Of a stretch of DNA of 64,000 bases, positions 22,701 through 34,700 are shown in pieces. The translations under genes and the position numbers were made by a program. How positions within the stretch are numbered: position 1 is the first letter of the stretch; the number at the start of each line of letters is the position of its first letter. The notes beneath the pieces were generated by a model that was not told the DNA's origin, ran no database searches, and saw nothing but the letters and a program-made list of their open reading frames with translations. Source of the DNA: Podarcis filfolensis (Eukaryota); the NCBI GenBank assembly GCA_964270895.1, contig OZ185450.1; one strand, 5' to 3'.

Positions 22701-25700
22701 CAAGCAGCTGGTCAGAGGATGCGGAACTTGCGGGAGAAGTTGAGCTGGCACGCGTGACGGATGAGGTGGTCTTGTTTTGCTCCAGTGCTGCAGGGTTAGT
22801 GATGTCCACCAACTGGGGAAAGCCTGAATGCGGAGGAGCTTGGGATGGCGCAAGGTCCACCTGAGGCGGGACGGCACCAGTTTTGCTGGCCAGGATCTGT
22901 GTCAGAGGCCCAGGCTGGTAAGATCCTTCGGGGTCAGTGGTCATGCCCATAGTCTGTGCAGAAGGCAAGACACAGATGCTGGATGCTGCCGTCCCTGCCA
23001 CTGAGACTGTGGACTGAGCTGATGAGGCATCGCCTAGTGGTGAAAACATCCCGGAGCCAGATGGTGGCACTGCGGCGTGCTGCTCTGGAAGACCCAAGCT
23101 CTGTTGAGTGGCTTTGATTAAGAGGTTGCTGATGGAGCCCATGTCAGATACTCCTTGCAGCCCAGAGCTAGGTAGTGCAACGGACCCCCTCCCCAGCCCA
23201 TGTCCGCTGGGGACTGATGTGCCCGTGGAAGGTGCTGATGACGTCGGCATTGACACCACATTCAGCATGGATCCAGCAGAGGCTAGGCCTGTCACTGGCC
23301 TAGTTGCAAGATGACCGCTGTCTGGCCCAGCCACGCTAGGGGGTGTTCCAACTGCTGCTGCAGTTGCTCCTACCCCTTGGGGCAGCAGAGGGGGCTGCTC
23401 AAAGTACATTATCCCAGACTTTGAACGCTTGATGATATTGGGGACAGTTCTGTGGGATGCAGGGTTACTGGCAGTTCCCAAATCTAGCAGGCCTGGATGG
23501 CTGGGGAGCTGGGAAGGAGTGAAGTTAATCAATGTCATGTTGGGGACCATGTCAGACGGGGTGATGGCGGAAGGGGCAAGCTTTTTGTTCTTGCGCGATG
23601 GCAAGCGCGAAATTTGCCTTTTCTTGCTGAGGCCAGAGGGTGGCGTGGTGGCTGTGGACCCAATCTCGGCTCTCTGATTTGCTTCGGGGTCAGGTGGTTG
23701 CTGGACACCAATCAGAAGTCCTGAGGCAGGACTGCCAAGGGAGGATGGGAAGCTGCTTTGGGGGGCTGCAGAAAAGGAGTGCAAGTGTTGGTGATGGGGC
23801 ATCGGCAGTAACCCTTTGCTGGTTGGTGGAAAGAGAGGCTGGGAGGAGGAAGGCAAGCTGGGGTTTACACCGGCCCCTAGTGCCAGCCCTGGGCCCAGGG
23901 GCCCAAGCACAGAAGCGCTGGCCTCTAACACGCCCTGCGCAGAACTGACAGAAGAGGTCAGCTGTATCTTTTGTGTGACACCATTGGGAAGAGTCTGAAG
24001 GACGTACAATGGCTGCATGTTCTGATTAACCACCAGGAGCTTTTCTGCAGCTGCCTTGAGGTGGAGGGGGGCTGTCTGCACAGCAGCATTGGAAATCTGA
24101 GATGGGCCAGGGTTCTCTGTGGAGTTTGGGCCATACTTAGGATTCTGAAGTGGGAGGGTTGGAGAAACTGGCACTTGGAGACCAGGTGTCCCGCTATTTC
24201 TGGCCAAGTCTTGGCTGGCTGAACGGCCTGGCTCTCCTGGTCCACATGGGGGGCTGGCTATGTGCTCTGCTTCCATGTGACTTTGAATAAAGGGGTCAGG
24301 GGTCAGGTGTCCTTCAGGGCTTGGGTCCACTCGTGGGCTCAGCAGAGCTGGCTCCCCTTCACTGGAGGCAGCTTTCTCTGTGACAGTCACCCTCTTCTCG
24401 GCAGACTCCGTAGAAGGCAAAGCTAAGAGTGATCTCTCCCCTGACGACGAGGAGGAGGAGGAGAGTGAGGATTCTGAAATGACAGCAAGTCTGCCGTGAT
24501 TTTGGCTGGGCACTGTCGGGCTCCGAGTGGTCAAGACAGAGAGATCAGAAGGCAGTTCCAGAGGCAGTTCAAACTGCTCCTCTGCCGAGATGGATGACGA
24601 AACACTGCTGTCAACAGGCTCTGTGGTTGGCAGCTGCTGAGAGAAGACTTCAAAGAGGCCCATATCCTTGCCCCGGTTGGTGGTGTCAAGGCCCAGCCCA
24701 TCTCCCAGCGTCAGGAGTTCGGAGGACGATGACTCAGGGCTCTCTCCGAGGGCTTGCATGGAGGGGGTGTTTTTCAGCACAAAGTCCATGATGTCAGACG
24801 GGAGAATGTTCCCGCAGTCGTCACTGTTGTTATTGTCGGAGTCGGACTTGAGCAGCTCTGTGCTGAAGGTATCCAGCAGGGTCTTCTCCGAAGGGGTGCT
24901 GGCACGAGGGCGGCGGCTGGCCTCTAAAGAACTCAGCTGAGCTTCCAGAGGATCCTGGCTCTGGGTTTTTACGCGGCAGTTCTCCATCTTGGGCTCGGCT
25001 GCTTTGTGGCCAGCTGAGCTCTTGGTGACTTGTGCTTTCTCCCCACTCTCTTCGCTCCGATCAAGTTTTAAGCTTTCCGTTCCATTTTCTTTGCCACTCC
25101 TTTTGGTCACTGGATTGACTTTCCTGGTTGTCACCGTGATGCTTGTGTCACTTTCTGTCCCGTCATCCACACCATCCAGCTGAGAGATTTTGGGAAGGCT
25201 GCACTGTTCCTCCTCCCGGAATAAGTTGTGAGAAGAAGCAAGATGCTCTTCCGTGTTTGAGACCACTGTCCTGGTGAAGTTGTAGTAGTAAAGGTCATCC
25301 TCGTCCGACGTGCTGAGGTCATCGGCACCATCTACTTGCCCTTCAGCAGACCTCTTTCCCCGCTTCTTCCCAGTGGAGTTGCTGTAGAAGGGAATGTCTT
25401 CTTCCCCGTAAGACCTCACACCATACAATGGAGTCAGCCCAAAGAACATGTTGGATCTGGCCCGTGCGCTGCGCCGGGGGTACCGGCGCTTGTAGGCCCC
25501 GTCTTCCTGGGCTTTGGCTGTCTCCTGGAGCATCAAGTTGCTCTCCTGAACAGGAAGACTCTGGTAGGCCTCGCTTGGAGCCTCGGGGACTGAAGCACAA
25601 CTTGGGCTGTCTTGAACCAGGGAGCCGTTTCCTGACCGTTCTGGAGTGGAAGAGGATTGTGCCAGGGAAGCCGGTTTGCTCTCCTTAGGCTGAGATTCTA

Positions 25701-28700
25701 CATCACCCTCCCTCTGAATGTTCTTGGACTGGCTATCACCTTCCATCTTGAGAGGAGTCAACGTGACTTTCACTGTGCGCTTCTGGGAAGCCTGCAGATC
25801 CTTGGAAGTGGCCACTTCGCCCTGGGAAGGAACCTTGGAGGTCTTCTGGTTAAGCAGCTGTCTATCGGTGGCCTTCTCTGAAGCCACAACATTGTTACAG
25901 AGCTTCTGGTTCACATGCTCAGGCGTCACAGCTTGATGAACGAATTCTGGCTCTGCGCTGTCTTTGTTGCTAGGTGTGAGGAGGCTCGGATTTGTAAAGA
26001 GTTTATTGGAATGTCTCTCTTTGGCTCCCCTTTTCCCCTTCTGCTGCCGCCTATCTCTGCCTGCAGAAGGTGCTGGGTCACTTATGGAAGGAGGAGATCT
26101 GTTATTTGCCCCAGAAAGCTTGGAGATCTTTGCTTCTGGGTCCTCGTAAGAGCAGTTTTTTTCTGGCTTTACAAGATCCACCTGCTGCTCTTGCTCCTTC
26201 TTTGGGGGTCTCTGATGTAAAGGTGGAAAGGCTACTGCCTCTTTGGAAGAAAACAGCCCAGAAGAGGGCTCTGGAAGCTTCCCTACTTTGCTGGTGTTTG
26301 GCTCGGTGCCAGAAGCACTCTGCACAGGAGTACTGGCCTTCAAATTACCCAGGGAAGAACTTGCGTCTTTTTGGCTCATCAGCTTGCTCTTCTCTGTCCC
26401 CAGAGGCCCCATTGCTTCTATTGACAGCGCTCCCTCCAAGGAAGTGCTTGTGCCTCCGCCACCTGTCCCTGCTGGCCTCTGACCACCACAGGGAGGGGCA
26501 GAGCTACTCTGGGTGGCAATGCGTCCAGCTGCTGGGCCCAAAGAACGCTCTGAAGGCTTTGTGCTCAAGTCATGTTCTGGCAAGGGAGACAGGCTGGGTG
26601 TTGAAGAGATGCTGTGCCTGGAGCAGTGAGTGACCCCAGCTCTGCTGGAAGGCATCATCCAGGACCTCAACTGTGGAGTGGGCAGAGGAGAGGAGGTGCT
26701 GTGTCGTCTGGAGCCAATGCTTCGAAGTCCAGATGACAGCAGGGGGTCTCCCACAGTCACAATCTCGTGTGTAATGTGAGTGGGGCTCCCTGGGAAAAGA
26801 TAGAAGATGGGGAAGAATATTAGAACTGAGTTTGAGGTCATCTACTGAATGCAAAAGGGACGCGGGTGGCGCTGTGGGTAAAACCTCAGTGCCTAGGACT
26901 TGCCGATCGTATGGTCGGCGGTTCGAATCCCCGCGGCGGGGTGAGCTTCCGTCTTTCGGTCCCAGCTCCTGCCCACCTAGCAGTTCAAAAGCACCCTTAA
27001 GTGCAAGTAGATAAATAGGTACCGCTTTATAACGGGAAGGTAAACGGTGTTTCCGTGTGCTGCGCTGGTGCTGGCTCGCCAGAGCAGCTTCGTCACACTG
27101 GCCACGCGACCCGGAAGTGTCTGCGGACAGCGCTGGCCCTCGGCCTCTTAAGTGAGATGGGTGCACAACCCTAGAGTCGGACACGACTGGCCCATACGGG
27201 CAGGGGTACCTTTACCTTTACCTTTTACTGAATGCAAATATCTGGATCTATGCAGACAAGGAGTAAAGTAAAGCCTAAACCACCAGAGTCAACCGCTTTC
27301 TTGACCTAATTATTCCTTCTACTGTTGGCTTCATTGAAACAAACACTCTATAACTTTTTCCTTTTGACTTCAAGTTGCACAGGAGCATGTTTGGTCTTGC
27401 CTACCCAGAAATATTTCTTAACTGTAAGAACAGCAGACTGAACTTTCCCTGAGGTTCTTTCAAATTCTGATCCAGCCCCCTGACAAACTCCTATGGCTGG
27501 GGAAGAGGAGGGGGTGGCCATCTGAGCTGCAGATGGAGTTCTGGGCTTCAATATCCTGACAGGCCTTTTCTCACCTAGGCCAGGTCTTCTGACTTCACAA
27601 GGTGAGTCAGTCACCAGCTAGGAGGTTGGTGAGCAGAATTTGCAAAGAACATTATCCTTCAAGGCGTGGTTTAGAGTTCTTAGTTAACTTCTGTTTAAAA
27701 ATGGAGCCCACCTCAGCCCAAAAGCTCAGGGAGGTTTACAAGTTGTCAACAACTCAAACATGGTTCACACAACAAGGTTAAATGTGAGGAAAAACTACAT
27801 GTTAAGTATGTAGGTGAGATGCCCAGAAAGCGGGAGGGGAAATGACTGAAGATGCCCCCCTCTACCAGCATCCTCGACGCTTGGCCTTTGATGATGAGGA
27901 CGGACAACAAGTCTTTTGCACCCCAGCACTTATTAAGCCCTAAACCCAATAGAGAAGGTGGAAACAAGGTTCCATGCCATTGAAGACAGCCTGAAGAAAT
28001 TGCTAAACAAAGAATGAACAGACGTCAAAGAAAACCAGAGAAAGCAGCAGAGGGAGGTGGAGGGCCAGACCTGCAGAGGGCAATGGCCTTGAACCAGGAG
28101 ATCGCAGGGCAGGAGGAAAACTTGGCGCTCTGATCCGCAGAGCCCTGCAGTTCTGAGAATGTGGCAGGAAGTCTGAAGAGGGAGTGCTCACAACCGCTGA
28201 CACTGCATGGCCTTCTCTGGCTGGAATTTCTGATGAAGAAGAAAAAGAAATAAGGAACTTATTGATTCAGGCAAAACCGAGGGTGCATTTGAACAAAACA
28301 GCTTCAGGGAAGTTGGGGAGTACTAGAGGCCTTTCCCCTCAATAACATCCTTTCTTCCTCCCTCAGGGAATGTTGACAGAAAAATCTTTATACATGGAGG
28401 CAGAAAGTAAAAGAGGGGAAAAAAGAAAAAAGGCTGCAGTCTTTTGGCATCTAGGCCAAAACCATAATGCAAAGCTGGACATTATGTGTCATTGGGAGCA
28501 GGTGAGGGCCAAACATTAAGAGTACTAGGTAGAAGCACACCCCCACCATGCCCCAAACATCTCAGAAGGACAAAGTCCCTTGTTTCAGATCAAGCATATC
28601 ATAATCTAGTCTCCAGAAACACATGACACCTGGGCAAATGCTGGAGTGTCTTTCTGCACAGAGCAGAGCTGGGAGTTGAAGACCCCCGATGTTCCTCCCA

Positions 28701-31700
28701 ACACTTATGATTCTGTGACTCAATTATGGAACAAAGGCCAGGATCCACTCCAAATCCTATAGCCAAAATAGAGGATGTGACCTTTACCAGGGAACCCCCC
28801 TTTTTTGCCCTACTCCAAGTGTGTGCTGCTACTGCTGTCACCAAAAGGTATTGCAAGCCCTGTCTCATAGCAAAGACTGACCAGAAGAAGGAAGCTTTTG
28901 TCTTTGGAAGAGCTGAGCAGTACAAAAAACAGGCACCCACAGGTCTGGCACAAAGGCCACAATCTCAAGACAAGTCATGCCTGCTAAAACTTGCCTGAAA
29001 GTGGCCTGGGGCTGTGCGTGATGGTCCTATTGTCATCGTGCTCTACTGTGCTGTTGATGTCTGGCTCAAGAATAGGAGGGCGGCATTCCATTATCTTGCA
29101 AGTGTACACACAGCGCTTCCGAGCATCCGTTGTGCTCCAGTACACTCGAGAGCACCTGGGAAAACATTTAAGAGTTACAACATCTACACAGAGCTGTGCA
29201 TGCCTGCAAAAGCCCCTCCCTGGGGCAAGAGGAGAAGGAAGGCCAAAGACTTCCTGGGTGGTCCTCACGGCATCTTCCAGGGAAAATGACATGGATTCTG
29301 CTGCTGCCTATTCAGGAGACAGCTCCTACTTACTGATAACCAATGGGGAACAGCTTGTCTTCACAGTCAGACAGATCGCTCAGAATCCCGAGGCAGTCAA
29401 TTGTCATGGACCCTACAAGAAAACCAAAGAGGCAAAGTTCTGTGTGAGGAAGGCAGTAACTAAATTCCACCAGGCACATTGCCAAGGCCAGAGGCAGAGG
29501 GCCCTCACCAATCATCATGTGGATGTTCTCTGGCTCCAGACCATGTAGAAACCTTCGTCTCAAACTAATCCCTTCAAAATCCACAAAGACTCTTCTTAGG
29601 ACTTCAAAGCCATTCTCGGGAACCACCTACAGCAAGCACACACAAAAAGAGGCCTATACAGTATTAAGGTGAAAACACACAGCCTGAGCTGAGAAGAGCA
29701 GGGAAATGGGGAGGAGGGGGGGGGGGAGTACAGCTGGGCAAAGGCCTGGGGGTGGTCGCTGGGCTCACCTCTCCTTTGATCAGGTCCCGGTGGCGCTGGC
29801 AGTAGACTTTCTTATCCTCCAGGAAGACACAGTTCTTGGCCCGGGAGCACATGAAGTGATAGTTGCTTGTGCAGGAGGTCAGGCAGCAGCCCACTGTGGC
29901 ACCCGACTTCAGGCAAAATTCACATCTCTGCAAGGTCCGAGGGTTGGGTTTTTAGGGAAAGCATCTTGTTGTTATAGCCAATGGCCTAAACAAATAAACT
30001 GGACTGGTGCAGCACTGTCAAAAGCAGCAACACCCCTAATATGATTATCTATGACATGCGTATCAGGTTGCCAACAAACAAAGAGAAAGCAATAGAAGTG
30101 ATGCTGTTCCACCACTCATTTAGCAAACACAATTCATCTTGTCCAAAACAACCTGTTAGTAATCTGAGTGCAGCCTTTTTTCATTGTTGTTCATTTACAA
30201 ACTCACACATTGTCTGGACTTCCCAATTTAATTCCAATTCAGAAGAAAGGGTTTTTTTTAACAGTTTAAAGCAATTTCTGAGCATGCAAAATGGATCAGT
30301 GATTGATTAAGAACACCAAAAAGCTGCCACAGCCACTAGCTGCAACTGCTGGCAGTTGCAGGACAGCAGCCCAAGCTGCCACCTGTGATTGAGACTTCCT
30401 ACACTTCAGGCCACTGAGAGTCCACAGAAGACACTCCTTCCTAATCATTACAAGGAGGCGTGGGCACTTGCTCACATCTGTCTGCTGCAGAAGCCAGGTG
30501 ATGATCTGGTTCACATGCTACTATAATAGAGCTGCTTGTGAATGTCCAAGTAACCAGTGCTTTTGATTCTTTGCAGTCCGGTACTGCTGGAAGCTGAATT
30601 CAAGGATCTCTGTCTTTTTCAGATACAACATCCTGTGAAGCCCATTACTTCTACTGTGGAGAATCATGTGAGGCTTTTGCTCTTTTTAAAGTTTGGCCAT
30701 TAACATCAAACCTGAGCTGTCTTTCCATGGAGACATGCTGTGGGCTTTCCAATATTATTCTTTGCTGTTGTAACAGCAGAAGAGCAACATTTAGTTGCTT
30801 TTGAAATGTAAATCCTCATTCCTGGACAGACTCCTGAGCCCAACCTGTTCCTACTCACCAGCTGTTTCCCTCTGATCACTGCCACGTGCACATTCTTCAG
30901 GGAGCCATCGTCATCTTCAAAAACTTCAGCTGACCACAGGGCACAGTTCACATGGGTCCACTCATTCTGGCCGATGTAGAGGAGACGGCCAGCATCCTGC
31001 AAGAAAGCAGAAGGCCACCAGATACACTCAGAAATCAGGCAAGTGCACTCCCCACCCCACAACTGCTGGGCACATGTTGCAGCAGCCACAGTGAAATAAA
31101 AGCTAGCAAACATAAAGGTGGCTCATGGAATCAGACCATTTAAAGGGTCTTTGCAGCTGTCTAGCCCAACCCTCTGCTCAGAACAGAACACCCAGTGCTA
31201 GGTTATTATGATTTATTAATTTTTATACCACCCTTTGCATCCCCAGCAGACAGAGGGCTCTCCAGCCTCTGCTCAAAGACCTCTAGAGGGGGAGTATTTC
31301 ACCACCCCTCCATTGTCCAGCTGCTCTTACTGTCAAGAAATTTCCTCTATTGTTCAATCCAAATCTACCCTCCTGTAACTTAAGTCTATGAGATATAACC
31401 CTTTGACCCCTGGAGTCATGGAGAACAAGCCTTTGCGAACTCTTGCATGTGACACAGCCCATTCAAGGATTTGTAGAGTGCTATTAGGTTCCACCTCAGT
31501 CTTCTCTTCGCTCAGCTAAGCATAACTGGCTCCTTATATAGGACTTGTCTTCCATACTTCTGACCATCTTTGCTATCTTCCTCTGATCCCATCCCAATTT
31601 GTCTACATCCTCCTTGATATGTGGTGCTAGAAATGAACATAGTACTCCAGATGAGGTCTGACTAGTGAAGAATAAAGTCAGCTATTCCTTCTTGTGACGT

Positions 31701-34700
31701 AATGATGGCTCTGTTAATGCGGACTAAGATCTCACTGCAGACACATCACACCCCTGACTTGTGTTCTGCTTGTGATAAGCTACAGTCCTGAGATACTTTT
31801 CACATACACTTCTGCCAGGCCATGTATTGCCCATTCTATCCTTGTGCATCTGATTCCTCCCACACTTGTTCAGAACTTTGCATTTGTCTCTACTGAATTT
31901 CTTTTTGTTGGGTTCTGCCTATTTTCCCTTCTGTTTTCTGGGGTCCTAGCTGTCCCTCAAAGTCCAGTACCATTTGGAACTCTGGTAAGGATTCCCTCTA
32001 TGCCCTCATCCAATATTTAAATCCTTATCAGATTTCCAGTTCCCACCAAAAGTCATTGATTGTTGGAAGAATGCCAGGCCCAGAACAGAAGCCTGCAGCA
32101 CTCCACTCAAAACATCTCTCCAGTTTCATGAGGAACCACTGAAAAGTGGCACTTTTCTAACTAGCTGATATTATCACCTGTCCCCATTTACAGAGTTTGC
32201 TAATCAAAATATCACAAGGAGCTTTGTAAAATGCTTTGCTGTTATCAGCTAGATTATGCCCACAGCATTTCCACAATTCACTAAGATAGTAACCTGCTTT
32301 TGTTTTTTTAAGAAAGGTAATATTAGTCCGCCTCAGCTGGACTGAGTGTGCAACAAGGATCAAGCCTGCCTTTCAACCTTAACTAGAACCAGAAGGCAAA
32401 GCCTCTACAGCTCACAACACACATTCTTGACAGAGCCACTTACATTCCCACCATCATCGCCATACTTCAAGCAAAGTGCACACTGCCGGTTATCCTCCAC
32501 ATCTGGAGGAGGGGTAAGTTCTGGGCTGTCCTCCAAGTTTCTGTCAGAACCTCAGAACAGAGAGAGAAATAGAAAGAGAAAGAGAGAAAGAAAGAAAGGA
32601 CTGATCACTCCTGAGAAACACTGCTTGGAAGAAAATGTGGGCTGTTTACTGGAGAATAAAGTAGCTTGCAAATGCCCAGAGCAGCAAACAGTTTTAGCTG
32701 CTCGCTTGAATTGAAAAGGTTTTACTTCACTTTAAAATAAAACACAATTTAACCAACCATGCAGATGTAAGGGGGAGGCAGAGAAAGAGGCTTGGTTCAG
32801 ACTTCGAAGTCCCGGCAGATGGTAGGTAAGGCAAGGAGCCTCTCTGTACCCGACTCTGGCTGGCCCAGACTTTCCCCAGGGTCTAAAGCCTGCCTCCCCC
32901 AGTGTCACCCTCATTCCCTAGCACTTCCCCCAGACAAAAAGGCTCAGTTTCTCACTGGATATAGGTGGTGTAGAAGGATGCAGTGGAGTTGGGGAGTCTG
33001 GCTCTCCAGGACCTTTGTGTTTTGGTGCTGGAATGATTTTCTTCATAAGAGGAGGTTGTTGAGCACAACTGTTTTCTTCACGCTCCTGCCACTGTGCGTA
33101 GTTATGGTCGAGTGATGGCGGCAAGACAGCATTAGGCAGCATCCCACTGCTAGAAATGAACAAAAGGTAGCATCAGACTTGGTTGCACCTGGGAGGCCCC
33201 AACTATAGCCCTTAGGCAGGTAAAGCTCCCTCATTCACTGCAAAGCTGTCTCTGCAGGGCAAGGGGCAGGACTAAGACACAGATTGGTACAAGAAGGACC
33301 ACAACCCACTTCTACTTTCTAGATCAGGAACTAATTGCAGCCAGTTGCTTTGAGAAGCAGGAGAGGCCCATCTGGAAATTCAATTCTGATCTTCTTTCCA
33401 AGGGGCAAGAGCGCTGGCACCACCTTTGGCTGAAACAGGCAGGTCAATTGCAGCAAGTGAGTGCTGGAAGTGGAACAAGTTACTTACTTGGTTGTAACTT
33501 TATTAGGTTCCCAAAATCTTGATTTCTTTACACTGAACCATGGAAAAACGCGTTCCATTTGCTTAAAAACAAACAAAACACCCACAAATGTATTAGAAAT
33601 GCTTTACAGGACTCAACACTAAACACTTGAAGAAGTCTACTGTCCAAGATCTCTGCAAATTTACAGTCAGGAATAATTTATTATGAACTTAAAAGTCTGC
33701 CCAGACTAGATCCTAATTTGTTTCACAGACAGCTACACAGTAGCTTGAACAGAAATATGGGTTCCTTGGGGAGTATTAAAGATGCAACTTCAGTGCACCA
33801 GTTGCCAATTTATTGAAAATAAGATGCAGCTTGGCTTACCCGAATGAAGAAGGACTTCACCATGCTGTTGGCCTTCTTAAGTTCTGGCTGCCCTCCATCA
33901 GCATTAATGGCTGCTTGGATTATCTTTACAATATCATCACTAAACTCCAGCTGCAAGATGGACACACACAGAAATCAGTTTCCTATCCTCTTCTGTGATA
34001 TACTTTATCCACTCCTCTTCCCCACCTATGGGTGCTGAACATCAAGTGGCAGAAGTTCACCTTCTCCTTTTCAGTTTTTGAACTCCTTTTTATTCCCTGC
34101 CTATGTTTCAGAAGAGCAGCATGGCCAACATAAAACACTGTAGCGTGGCCAAAACATCCATGCACCTTCAAGGCACAAGGGGGGAATTTATAGCAAAAAT
34201 GTAGCATTTTAGGACCACCTCAATGCAGTTCACAACAGCAAATTGATTTGTATATCCCATCATTTCCTTCTCATGGAAGCTATGATGAAAGCAAAAAGGG
34301 GATGCTGACTTAATTGTTAACGCACCACAGAAATGTAGCCTCCTTGCTCCATTTTTCTTTTCACTCCTTCCAGGTCCAGCAGCTGCTGTTCTTCTTGCTT
34401 GCTGACTTCAGTGAGCACAGGAGGGTCTGGGCCTTCTGGGGAACTTCGGGATGGGACGCTCTCTTCCGTCTCAGGATTTAAGTCGGGGGGTTTGGCCGCC
34501 TGGAGACACAACGGTAAGAGAGTACAAGTTTTTGAGCCCAGCACAAAGCATTTCATTAGTAGGTCTGTGGATAGAGGTTAAGAGCAAAAGAGCCTGCAGG
34601 ATCAGGCCAATAGTCCCATCTAGTCCAACATTCTGTTCTGATGGTGGCCAACCAGATGCCTTTGGAAAGCCTGCAAGCACTACCTGAACACAAGGATCTA

